The position numbers and the translations under genes were made by a program. The notes beneath the pieces were generated by a model. That model was given only the letters and a program-made list of their open reading frames with translations, did not search any database and was not told the origin of the DNA. A stretch of DNA of 63,904 nt, filler included, from Reclinomonas americana ATCC 50394 (taxonomy: Eukaryota): assembly GCA_048213135.1 (NCBI GenBank). It is 14 parts of 14 records of this genome, joined end to end, with 100 filler letters (N's around TTAATTAATTAA, not from the genome) between each part and the next. Parts side by side here need not be neighbours in the genome. Positions count along the whole stretch, not along the records: positions 16,550 to 35,041 come from AFZH01023297.1; 13 more parts are not named here. One strand, written 5' to 3'. Below, one piece after another: positions 22,401 to 35,000 of this stretch (the first letter of the stretch is position 1; each line of letters begins with the position of its first letter).

Positions 22401-24615
22401 TCCGCGCAAGAGTAATCGGGCGCACGGTCCATCGGCGACTCTCGATCTGTCGGCCTCGCTGACAGTGTCGACTGCGTCGCCGATTCTGCGCCGACAAATG
22501 AGCATGCCTGCACAAGGTAGAGTTGCACGGCGCGCTCTGTCACGACTCACACTCACTCCTTCATGCGCAGCCTCCGGATTCTCGACGAATGGCGCCGGCG
22601 CCCGTGCAGGCGGCTCCAGCGCCAGTTCCAATCGCAGCGTGCGCAATCTCGGTACACTTGGGGCGATTGCATCCGGTCTCTCCATCACATCGCCGTCGCC
22701 CGGCCCACTGCACGACATGGCGCCGCTGCCCATCTCCATTACACCACTTGCGTCGTCGTCGCCGCAGTATCCGCGCATGAATCGGAGTGCGGTGCCAACG
22801 AGGGATGGCGGTGACGAGCGCCCGCCTCTGTTCCCTCCGATCAATCGAGGCAGTGCGGCATCGTCTCAGCAACCTACGTATCGTCCGTCGGTCTCCGCGC
22901 AATCGGGCGACGTCATGCTCTATCGCGCCACCGCTGCCTCATCGTGGGGAGTGTCGGATCCGGTGCTGGCTGGCGCTCGTCGTGGGAGCATTGACATTGC
23001 TGCGCTTGCCACGTCTGTCATGTCGCCGACCTCGCGAAACGGCACGGCAGGCTCGCGTCTGCCACGGCTTTCCACGACAGGCTATGGTCGTGCTGGTGTT
23101 CCGAGTCTTCCGTCGCCGCGCAATGCACCCAAGCAGCAGCGGGCGGTGCATGGTGACGGATCCCCGCCGCAGCTGCAACCGTACTACGCCCGCAACGGCG
23201 CCAAGTTGCACGACTCATCTCCGTCGCCGTTGCGTACTCGTCCCCCTCTGTGAACACAACAGTGATGATGATGTTGATGGCTCACATGTTGAGGCACGCA
23301 CGCAACACAGACCACTTGGTCGTCGCAATCACGGTGCGCCTCTCCAGCAGCTGCAGCAACAGCAGCCGCAACAGCAGGCGCAGCTTCCGCTGCAACAGCA
23401 ACAGCAGGCGCAACAACCGCAACAGCAGCAGCAACGTGGGGTGTCGAATCGACCACAATTCGAAATGTCGGCGCACGGCGGCAGTCACACGGTCACCGTT
23501 CACAGCACCGCCGACGGCACGAGTGCTAGTGGCAGTCGCCGCGGAAGTGCTCCCTCGAAGAAGCCTTCACGCGTTCCCGCCACCGCAGGCCAGCCGCGCA
23601 TGCATCGCGTGGTGACTGACGCGTTTGAGAAGCCGCACCCTGTGATGAAGGGCCGCCGGAACGACCACCTGGCATCTCGGTGATTATATCCGCGCCGCCT
23701 TTGAGAGTCATTTGAGGTGCGCTCTGACACCGGGAGGGTTGTATTCCGATTGTGTAGTGCTGGAGAGAAACCGCCACTGATTGAGCGGTTGGGAACGCCG
23801 CCGACAAGCAGTCAGCTCGGTGTGTAGCTCCACTGCGACAGCTTATTTCACCCTTTTATTTTTTGTCCTTTCCGCTGACCCATGTTTGACGGCTGCACAG
23901 AGCGCGCACAGACAGCCGATCCGTCCATGCTCTCGGCGCAGAGGCGCGCCCATGTGGACGACTTGGTGTCTGCACCACATCATGTCTCGCGTTTCGCCGA
24001 CCTCAGTCCGCGACTCGTCCATCCAGGCGTACAGTCGCTGTGGGTGGCCGACAAGCGCCCGAATTCCTCTGCGGCCTCCGGAGTCGGCGGAGCACCGGGT
24101 GCATCTACGACTGCCAATGTCAGACCGGCGCGTGGTTTCGCCCAGCAGCTTCTCTCCATATCGTCGAGTCTGGCCGGTGAGCAACGCAGTGGCGGCAGCG
24201 CCGGCGTGGCAAACGTGGTGGCGGCCGTCTTGTCGGGGGACGAATGGGCGTCGGTGGCTCCGCGGCGACATCCTCGTGCTGGAGGGTGTGTTTTCCCCCT
24301 CTGCGCAACGCGTTTTCGTTCCACAGTCTAACATTGCTTCTCATGTGACAGCACGACGGCCGCAAGTGGTGCCGTCACACCACCGTTGCTTGCGGGTGAC
24401 AGGTCCCTGAGTCCGCCGATATCTCCTCGCCGCCGCCAGCTTCGCCACGGGTACGGCATATGATTGCGCTTCTCCTCTCCCTCCTTCTTATGCGAGTCAT
24501 CCTGTCTGACTGCTGCGGTTCGCGTAGACGCACCACGGCGCCCATATCTCCTCGAGTGATTGCAGAAGAAGATGTTGCGTTGAGAAGACCGTGTCTGCTC
24601 CATCGATATGGATAG
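19421..24615 (+). CDS. FAM149/DUF3719-like protein (ciliary family) with long Ser/Pro/Gln-rich tail; 3' end uncertain (23683 or about 24615)
   Basis: Spliced motifs LKAVDNQLY, CEPWREAYAYF-VRG, EEIIESHGYYEEWFA and PPLNPQAAVKEAI..VW resemble conserved FAM149 blocks. Confidence 0.65.
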
Positions 24616-24803
24616 CGTCTAACTGCTCATCGTCGCAGAGGTTGCGCAAGGCGGCGGCTGCTGACGCGCTGCAGGATCTGTTTGCCAAGGGCCATGCTTT
24701 GCAGTGAACATTATAATAATCGTGTGCCAACAACACTGGAGATTAGTAGTCTATAGTCTTCATCATCTAATTGCCATTCGATTATTCAACTTGCAACAAC
24801 GTA

Positions 24804-27800
24804 CTAGCAGTAATAGGAGGGCGCCAGCATGAGCTCGGTGAGCGTGTCCAGCTGCTCCTCGGAAAACAGAGCCTTGTCACGCGCCCACGTGTCTCGGTGA
24901 TCCTCCCAGAAGTCATTAAGAATTTTACGGACAGCCTCCTGCACGCAGTGGTCGGTGAGAGTCTGTGCACTCCACACACACACACACCCCTGCACGTAGG
25001 AGCACACTCACCGCGACTGGCGACGGGTCGTTGACATGGCGGGCGATCTTGACCATGATGACCGGAATGTGCGGGCGGACCTCGTGAGGCGACGCCATGA
25101 CAATGGCGGCAAGGCCAAGAATGCCGCTGTGTCGACGCAGCGCCAAGGATCGAACTGGGAGAACATAGTAGCAGTGAGCAACGCAACAAATGTAGGACGC
25201 GATCGTGTAAAAAGGCACACAACTGTCCGGGTGCGCCATGTCAAATCGTTTGCCCTTCTTCGGCAGCGGTGTCTCTGCCAGACCATCGAATCGCCGCTGC
25301 GCCGTCGTCGCATGTCCTCAGTTAGAACCGCGCACAAGGCAGGTGGGGGAAACGGGCGCAAAACGCAACAATCAGTTCAGCGAGCCGGCCTTCGGCTTCC
25401 AACGCCGGTACAAAGGTGGAGAGGGTGGTCGCAGCCGCCTCACGGACCTCCAACGTCTCGTCGGACAAGGCGGCCAGCATGGTCTCCACAAACTGGCCCC
25501 ACGATTCCGCGGTCAACATGTACCGATTCATGAACACGAACGGCCTGCGGCACGGTGAGGAACACAGTACCAGATGGCAGAGAGTGATAGAGACATGCAT
25601 GAGTGTCGCAACTTGAGGAAACACAGCAGCGATCCGCGTAGCAACCAGCTGTGGTCCGAGGCGCGCACCACCAACAGTTCGTGCACAAAGCGGATGAGGA
25701 AGTCGGTGTGATTCGCAGCCGTGAACGGTCCGTTTCCAAACACCGTCCCCGGTGCCGGCGGTTCACGTGCGCCGACGTACAGAGCGTGTGCGAGGCCGCC
25801 AAGAACCTCGTTGAGTGCCTCTTGAATGTACTGATTGTCGTCAAGGGAAGAATAAAATGAGCGTGCGTCAGCCATTGTTCCCCCCTGCTCGCCCACCAAC
25901 ACCAACCTCATCCTGCGTCACCGACGCCTTGACAATGTGCGGCAACAGCGGCTGAATGTACACCAGCAGAGCCGGCAAACGGGCCGATCGGGAGCACTCG
26001 CGAACACATTCCACGGCTGTCTTCAGGGAGGTGCGACACTATAAAGTCAAGGAGCACAGCAAAACACACACAACACATGGAAGCACCAACACATGCATCG
26101 ACATGAAGGATATTTGAGGAGATTCAACTTGCGGCGCGTCTCGACCGACATCGACCCCATGGCAGTCAGCGTGCTGACCATGGCCGCCACCTCGTCCGCG
26201 TCTCGATCCTCCGTCACCGGCACCAGCGCCTTCTTCTTGGCTCCCATCACAGGCTTGGACGACGGAGTCCCACTCGGGCCGGCAGCGCCGTCCTCTTCGC
26301 CCGCCATCATTCCCTCGACGGCGGCCATCATGGCTGCCACGGCCGCAGCATCACCCTCACCATCGCCCATGTCGTCGTCGTCGCCATTTTCGCCATCGCT
26401 GTTTCCCATTTCCACTTCTTGGTCGTCCTCCAGCGGTGACTCCATTTCCTCTTCCGCCTCCTCTTCGCGAGAGCGACTGCTCTCCGCGTGCGGTGGCGAT
26501 CGCGAGCGCGGCCGCGAGAATCCCGGACTCATCAAGTCGACACTGGGTGTGAATGGGCTCGAGAGTACTTCTGGTGTGAATGGGTACGGATCGACGGGCG
26601 TAAAGTCGCCGCCATCACTGGCCGAGCCGCTGCTCACGGCCGCCGGCGACGGCGCCGACAGCAAAAGTCGCGGGGGCGGAGCGGCGGTACCCGTTGGCTG
26701 ACGTGGAGCACGTCCCGAGAAGACACCTGTCGTTGCCGACGATGCGGCGGCGGCAGCCGCGGCAGCAGCAGCAGCAGCACCAGTCGTCGCCGACGGAGCG
26801 GCTTTCTCGCGCTGCAAGTGCAACGACTTTTCCAGCTCCACTGCCTCCACCACGTCGAGCGTGGCCAGCTCGGCCGCCCACGTGTCGAAGAACGCCATCA
26901 TGCTGCAAGGGAGGCCATCAAGGTAAGCGGGCAAACGAGAAATGTGTGCGGAAGACAAGCAAAAATTCACTCACCGCTGATCCACATGACTGCCGGAGGC
27001 AGTGGTGGCCGACACGCGGAAACCCTCCGGTGTCGAGATCAACGCCGGTCGCCACACGTGCTCGATCATCTGTAGCGGCAAACAGGGTTGTGAGACAGAG
27101 AGGAAGCAGCGGCAGCGAGGGCATGCTGGAGAAGAATAACGCACAAGACTCAGCAGCGAGCCGAGCTGCCGGCGCACTTGGTAGGAGCCAGACTCGCAGA
27201 AGCCTTTGATCTTGTCCAACACTCGGTCTGCGTGCGTGCGAGGCAGATGCGATAAGTATTAGTCTGTCACCGGCTGCCTTCGCGCAAATCGTCGACGCAA
27301 CAGTTGAGATGCGGCACACGCCACGAAAGCTCGATCAGCAGCGACAGCAAATACTGGATCTGGCGCAAGTGCACGGATGATGGAACTTGAGCGTTCGAGT
27401 TGAGGTCGTCGAGAACGAGGTCTGCGTCGGAAAGCACGTGTGTGTCCCGTGCGTCAATGAAACTATGTGGAGGCGTGACAGATAACAATTCGCAAAAGAA
27501 AAAAAAACGCACCGACGAGCCACCCGAGGCGACGCGGATCCTGTGACGATAAATTCACCAAGTTGGTCAAGAAACGAATCAGGATCGAGGCAAGAACACG
27601 ACAGCACCTTGTCGTACGACGAGTTGATCAGGCACTCGGTCCAGTCGCGCGCGCACTGCAGTGAGCTGTGCTGCAGGCCGTAGCGCAGTACGCTGCCGAC
27701 TTCTGTCCACTGCGTAACACATATACGAATCAGACACACGAAGCTGGCGATCATGCTTGCAGCAAGACCACAGCAAACTCACCAGGCGCTGCTGCTCCGC

Positions 27801-30800
27801 AAACAACCAATGCTTCGAGCCACGAATCAAACCCGTGATAATCTCCGCCATTGTGCGCATGCTGGTACGCTCCTCCGGGACGGTCTTGCCGGCAACCTTG
27901 CACAGGTCTTCGACAATCGGCTACGTACGATAACAACACATCAGCAGCGGCCAGTGAGTATGGAAATGGTTCAAATGACAAGCGCAACTTTGAGCAGATC
28001 CCACAGCGGCATCCCAATCAACTGCGTCCATCCTTTCCACTGCATACAGAGTCAGCACAGAGCAGCTATCACCGCGTTCAGTTGACAGCACGCAACGACT
28101 TCCACATTGGTGGAGTTAAATTCCTCGCCCTGATGCGCATTCCACAGCGCGTTGGTGATCACTGAAAAAGACACCAATGCGACAAGAAACACGCGCACAC
28201 ACCTCGTTCGTCACTTCCACCATGCACACGTCAATAAAGTCACGCAGCCAAAACGCAGTTTCCTTGCCAGCCGGGTGGCTCTGGAACAGGGCAAGCAGGG
28301 CGGTGGCCACTTCCTCATTCCGGTACACCGTCACACTGTCTGCGTAGCTGTAGCCTCGCGTGGGACCCTTTGGATACGCATAAAACCCAAATGAATCTGA
28401 CAAATCGACCGTGAGAAGTGAATGGAAACAAGGTGGAGGGCAAGTGAGACGCAACTGCGTTCAACAAAGAGGCATGATCGCCACTCGGCCTCGGTATGCG
28501 GCCGCTGCTCAGAAATCTCAGCGTGCACCAAACCCGACGGTCGATGGACGCTCTCGTCCGCCCTGAGCGACACGCGGTGAGTGACCAAATGAACACAGTC
28601 GCATTGCGCCATTGTTCGACCACGCACCAATCCTTCATGTGCTTTGGTGAGAGTGGTTTGAACACGTACAACAGTTGACCCATCACCGAACGCCTGCATT
28701 CGACACACTCCACGTAAGTCACCCATGCCGCCACGCATCGATACCTTCACGTGCTGACGCAACGCTTGGTCGCGAATCTCAAGCACGTCCGACGTCAACT
28801 GGCGGGTGATGAACAGCAGCAAATCGGCCGGTGGCGGCACGTCGAGTCGAATGAGCGACGACATGATCACCAACAGCGTCAGCTGAATACGCCAGTTGTC
28901 AAGCGGAATGCTGTTCGGCGGTTGAGCAACAGATATGTCAAGAGCACGAAAGCGGTGTGGGCGTGGAAACGCAACCGGCCAGCTGCATAGTTTTCCACAA
29001 AGCGTTGGTAGTGGTGCATGAGGACATGGTCGGACGACGAATTCGGCGGCACCAGACGGCGGCCAGGAGGACCCGGCTCCGTCACCGCCAACCAAAAGCG
29101 AATGAGCTCGTGGATTTTGAGAATGGCAGCGTCATCTGTACGCATGCATAGTATAAGTGTCAGTCCACAGAGCGGAGAATCAGCATCGACACAGCACGAC
29201 GTGAACACAACGTTGCGTGGCGGTGAGCGCGGCACCACCGCACAGTCGCTCAAACCCAACACACGACAGCGTCAACTCATCCACCGAGTGCACCGACACC
29301 CACTCGCTCAACGAATACAGCATCTGTCGGATTGATGGCTGTGCGCGAAGCGAGCATCAGGGTGAGCCACCAGCAGTGATGTGGCACACCCTATCTTCAA
29401 CCCAACCTTCTCAATGTGAGTGGTCGCCACGAGCGCCAGTGCCAAGTACTGAAACAGGTTCCAGTCGTCAAAGATACCAAACACAGAGCGGGCCACCACG
29501 TACAGGGCGCCCTTCAACCGCGCCTCCGAGGCATCTAATTGGAGGAGGCATGGAGAGATGAGTCGGCCTCTCGTGGAAAATTGTCAACGACAAGCAGACG
29601 CACCGCGGTCGAGCAGCACGGCAAGGAACTTGCGCAGGCATTGCTGGCCACGCTCGCGCGAGAGCAGGGATGAGACATTGCCGAGAATATCTTGCGCACA
29701 ACTGAGCACACACAAGTGATGAGAGGCAAGGGCGTTTCCTGAAAAAGTCGACCAGCACCACGCAACATGCGAACGACGGCAAAGTCGTGGAGAGCCAACT
29801 CGACGGTGTCGTTCAGCAGGCTCTCGGCAGAGGCCCACAACTGTTGCGTAGGCCGCCTCGCAGCGGCAGTGATACGCGAGACGTGCAAGACGTGGCAGCG
29901 GTCGACTGCAGCAGAGAGTTAATGGCAATCGAAGAGCTCGCAAGCATCGTGGGCGACAGCGAAACTGGCGTCGGCACGGGAGAACTCGTGGCGCGGGTGA
30001 TACGCGTCATAGTACAGCTGCTTGGACTGCTCGCTGGCATTCGTCACATCCACATGCGTCGGCAGTGGGCGATGCACCAGAATGGCACCAATGAGCTGGG
30101 ATGCACAGGTAAATATTTTAGAGGAAGAGGGCGGGCATGTCCACACTGGGAAAGAGACCAGTGCTCACCTTTGACACAGAGGTCCAGAGTTTGGGGAAAT
30201 CGTGCAAGCGCGAGGAAAGCTCAACGCACACTCGGTGCACGGCAGCCGCCACCCGCGAACGCATACTTGCAGCCACATCTGTGTTGCGCGAGGAGAGGAT
30301 GAGACTCTGACACGGAGCGGCCGCACGAAGCACTTACCATGCAGAGCCGGGTTGTGTTCTCGCAGGGAGACAGAAGACGTCGAAGTGATCATGGGCAACA
30401 GCGCTTGCCTGCATAAACATGAGAACGCCGCGTCAGTCACACGAACAAACACACAGCCACCGGAAAGACAAACGCAACGATGTCAAGTCGCGCTCCTCCT
30501 CCTCGGTTTCCACCGAGAGCAATTCGTCGGCATTGAATTCGGGGCTGAGCAAGCCCGGAAGCACGACGCTGGATCCACGAATCACCTCCCGCATCACCAC
30601 CAGCGAGTGAATCAGAGTTGTAACCAGATCGCTATCAGCACAGAACGCACGAAAAGGGTGATGAGACATCAGCAGTGCCGTCGCCTTCTTGCACAGCTCG
30701 AGCGTGCATACGTACCTAATGGGTACACGCCGTGGGGACGCGGACACCGCAGGCGAAACCGTGTTGCGCTTCTTGGGCGCAGGTGCAGATTCAGCCTTGC

Positions 30801-33800
30801 GGGGAGATGCCCGGGCCGGTGAGCGGCCCCGTCGCCGCTCGGTCGCAGCTGGAGCCTCCTCGCTCGCGCCACCGCCGATGAGTGAAAGCGAGGGCGGCGG
30901 AAGCGGTGCCAGCACCAGCAGCTCTGTCACGGCGTTCTCCAGCTTCTGCAGCTGCTCATCCACGAGGGATGCAGCTGTGGACACGACACACTCCACCTCG
31001 GCCGTCGACTGTGCACAGCGTGCAAGAGATGATGAGTTGAATCGACAAGGACGCAGAGCAGGCGACGGCGACGGTAGAGACGCACCGGCACATGCCACTG
31101 CAATTCGAGCTCTGAATACTTCAATTGCAGGGTCCAGTAGCGCCAACTGGCCGCACGGAACTCTGCGCACCAGGCATAAGGTGAGCGGAAGCTGTGTGCA
31201 ACCCGACAGACGCTGCTGTCACGAACCAGCTGAACAGCGCACAGATGCAGGCACGGAGCAGCGGTCGGTGGGGAATATGTTGCAGAGAGTCCACAGGAGC
31301 TGCATAGCGCGGTGCGACGAGTCAATGCGGGCACTGCCACGAGAATCGCAAAGCGAATGCACAGTACCACTTGCATAACACCAGCAGCGCGCTTGCGGAT
31401 CTTGCGGTCGTCGCTGGTGAAACACGCCTGCACAATGTCGCGAATCGCATCGCTGTATTGCCTCGTGAGGGACAAGCCACTCAACACACAACACTCACAG
31501 CTCACGTGGACGCAACGCATGCGGCAGCGCCGCTGAACCACTAAAGTACAGGCAGCTGGTGAGCAGCTGCAAGTTCCACAGCACTTCGTTTTGCGACAGA
31601 TTCTCCAGTTGCACTGATGCGTCGCACAGTCAGATGGCGACAGTCAACGTGAGAGCAACCAGTGGTGTCTCCTGCACTCACCGCCAGTGGGCACTCGCTT
31701 GACCATCAGCACGTGCGCATGATGCACAAACAGGTGCAGGCAGTCGGCCGGTCGCTCCGCAGCTGCGCCAGCCACCACAGAGCGCACCTGCGGCACATGG
31801 AACGAAGTGAGCTAGATCAGTCTCTCACTTTCCATGTGCTGCCTCTGTCACGTACAGTCTGCAGAATGTCCATGTTGATCGACACGGAAAGCGAGTCGAA
31901 AATGTGGCGCACAAGGCGCGCGGCCGTTTTCTCCGGTGACTGTGCCAGCAAGAGCCGGAACACACGCTGTGTAGATCAAGTGAGTACAAACATTGAGTGC
32001 AACACGACAGAGTGCAGACAGAAAGCAAGCAGCACCTGGCAGTTCCACTCGACGGTCTTGACGCTCACGTTCTTGATCTGCAGCAGATTCGGGTGTGTGT
32101 GAGGATTGTGGTGTTACGAAAAGTGGAGATGACTGGGCACTCACGTATTTCAACATGCTGTCCAACAGCGAGAACGACCAGTCCTCCCACGCGGAAATGA
32201 CCGTGACAATCGCGTCTCTGTGCGCCCGGCAGAGTAAGAGATCATCAACGTGCATGTAACATGCATGGTGCGCGTGTGTGTGTCATCTGCACACCGATGC
32301 TCCGCCGACATGGCTTGCAGCGCAGGGTGCGACGGATCACAGCCGTGCAGTGGGATGCACGTCAACATGCCTGCAGAGAGAATAAGACAGAGGCACACGC
32401 ATACACAGCACAGCAGCGGGTCGGGATCACGCAACGCGCAGTGAACGAGATCGCGGCCCTGGACTTGGCCACATTGCTCGGCGACATGGCCTCGGGGATG
32501 TGAGGCAGCACAGCCAGCATGCGCAGGGCGACCTCGCCGGGCGGACCCGAGAGCAGAGCGCGGTACATGTCGCGGCACACGTTGAGAGCAGCGGGAGGCC
32601 GGTGCAACTGAACGACGACAATGGTGGTGAGTACGCAGGCGTAGTTGCATTCAAGATAAGGAGTCCACCAACCTCGGTGACCGCGTCCAGTGCATCGGAG
32701 ATGTTGTCCATGAACTTGGGAATCACCAGATCCGGTGCAATGACTATTGAAGTGGCCTTGTGTGAGATACAGAGGAACGATGGTGCGATGCTTCGGCAGC
32801 GACGCAACAAGAGAGGTACTTGAAGCCTTGTTGCGTGAAACGGCGAAGCCACGAATCGGTCGAGTACATGCCCTTGAGCAGCAGCGGAAGCATAATCGAG
32901 ACCACTTCACGCCGCTCGTACTCCTGCGCGCCATCAGCGACAGCAAAGGCACATTCGGAGATACGAGTGACAGTGATGCAACGCAACTCCAAGAAACATG
33001 GAACTGTCGTACTCCACCACACCGTCGCGCTCTGTATACATTGAGGAGTGAGAATCTAAACGACGAAACACACAAACACAGGTGACGACGACTCCGCACC
33101 GTGAACCAATCGAGTCGACAGCTGCCAGCAGATACCGTCGAGCAAACTGGTGAGATTGTTCACCGGCTGCGCGTCATGTTGCAGCGGATGGTAAAACCTG
33201 CACCCACGCGATACTGAGCTCTGCGCTGGCATGCAAGCGACACGCTGCAACAACGTACACGTCGAGCGATGCGATCAGGCGGCGGAAGAGTGACAGGCAC
33301 TGAGGTCGTGTTGGCGACAGCAGGAACACCAGGAGCGATGCACCGTATCGCAAGGCACTCCGCTGGCATGCGCAAGCAGGGGAATAGATGAGAACAGTGC
33401 GCGGCAAGGATACACGGTCAAGCTCACACCGACCTCGCCACCATCGATTTCCGAAAACAGCCCAGCGACCTCGTGCGCCTCCAGCATGGTCGACATGCCG
33501 GAGAGCGGGCCCACCTGGAGCTCTGCAACAACACCAACAGCGCGTGAGGTGGCCAGGCTAGCAAGGGGAAAGAAAAGGTGACGCACCGAGGATGCCCATG
33601 ATCTTGGTGAAGATGGTGTCGAGATGAGGTCGCCAGTCCACAGTGTCCCCGACGCGGGTCGCCAATCGCGAAAAGATGACGAAAAAGTCCAAATCCCACG
33701 ACGATCCACTCGCTGTCGAAGGGAATGAGTGCACCGATTGTGGCCACACATACACAAGAGTGAGAGTCTAGAGTGCGTCACGTACAATCCCACGTCCACA

Positions 33801-34600
33801 GCTCCATCAGCTCGTCGACAATGGCACTGGCGTTGCTCGGAGCTTCGGGCAGGAAGAGTGCCAGCAAGGCCTGCAGACGCACAAGTAAGGAAGAGCGCGC
33901 ACACACACACACTCACACATGCCACGAGCTCACACACCGAGCCGAGACTCGCGTCGCGATCAACGGGACACATCCAGCGGCGACACGTCGCGAGAATCTC
34001 CGCCGCCGCGTCGGGAGCAAACAGCGCACGCGCTCGCCGAATGTACTGACTGAGCGAGGCACTCAGTGCGTCAATACCCGGGCGCTGCAGCTGTACCGAG
34101 ACCCGCGAGGGAACCAGGAAGACGCGGCACACAAAGTCGAACAGCGGCTTCCAGTCAATCGTGTATCCACGCAGCCGTCGAGACCTACACGCACAAAAAA
34201 GAGAGAATGAATTGTTTTTTTCGCGAGGGAGGCACAACAAGAAAAGAAGCGCCACGCACTTGATGACCAGATGCGACATGACGGAAAAGAGTCGCGCCTG
34301 CACCGACGCGTCCATCTCCGGCGACAACGCCGACCGCGTGAAATACTCAATGAGCTCGATGCGAGCCTCGCGCGGCAGCTTGTACTGCACCGACAAGTAC
34401 TGCGCCAGGCCCGTGCTGACAAACAGTGAATCCTGCAGCACATCGTGCGTCGCCACCGACATGGTATGCGCACGACGGACGCGCGACAGGAGCAGTTGCA
34501 GAAAGTGCTGTCGTTCGGTCTCCAGCGCCGAGGCGTAGGGGAGGACTTGATTTCGCGCCGCGTGCAGGAAGTCCTTGTCGGGTTCCGCGGGTCTTTGATG
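24804..34600 (-). CDS. PSME4: Proteasome activator complex subunit 4 (PA200/Blm10), multi-exon; start codon not resolved
   Basis: N-terminal NQVLPYASALE, TIDWKPLF, FYHP, EIITGLIRGSKHW, EVREAAATTLS, RRHSGILGL and C-terminal FWEDHRDTW...FSEEQL...APSYYC*. Confidence 0.92.
26031..26113 (-). other. U12-type AT-AC intron in PSME4 (83 nt)
   Basis: 5' ATATCCTT (26113-26106), branch TCCTTGAC (26053-26046), 3' AC; splicing gives in-frame LNLL-N-SLKTAVEC. Confidence 0.85.
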
Positions 34601-34660
34601 AGAGGGAGGAGATTGAGGAGAAGGGAGAGGGGAGGAAGAGAGGAAGAGCTGAGTACAGGA

Positions 34661-34969
34661 TGCATGATCAATGAGAGAGGTGGAGCGCTGTGTGCGGAAT
34701 GCTCGCCGAAGAAGGCGACTTGCAAAGATCGCCAACGAGAGGAGAGCAAGATGATGCTTAAAAAACGCATGATCAACACGCGAGAGAATGACCACAATGC
34801 ACGCTTGTCAGCGACAATGTAAGTTGACTTGCAAAGACCATCAGTGAAGAGAAGAACAGGGAAGGTGGCAGCAGAATGCAAGCTCGACTTGAGAAACGCA
34901 TGATCAACCAGAGGGAATGAGCACAATGCACGCTTGTCAGCGATGTAAGATGACTTGCAAAGACCATCA
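34661..34969. repeat. Degenerate direct repeats upstream of PSME4 (two clear copies of about 80 bp plus a decayed third)
   Basis: aaacgcatgatcaac...cacaatgcacgcttgtcagcga...gacttgcaaagaccatca at 34763-34843 and 34894-34969. Confidence 0.85.
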
Positions 34970-34995
34970 AAGAAAAGAAAGAAAGAAAAATACAC

Positions 34996-35000
<5 letters not shown>

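Noticed and set aside
33404..33411. GTATCCTT on the minus strand as a second U12 donor in PSME4
   Set aside because: Wrong phase for the CAG acceptor and no U12 branch site; phase-0 GT donors just upstream fit
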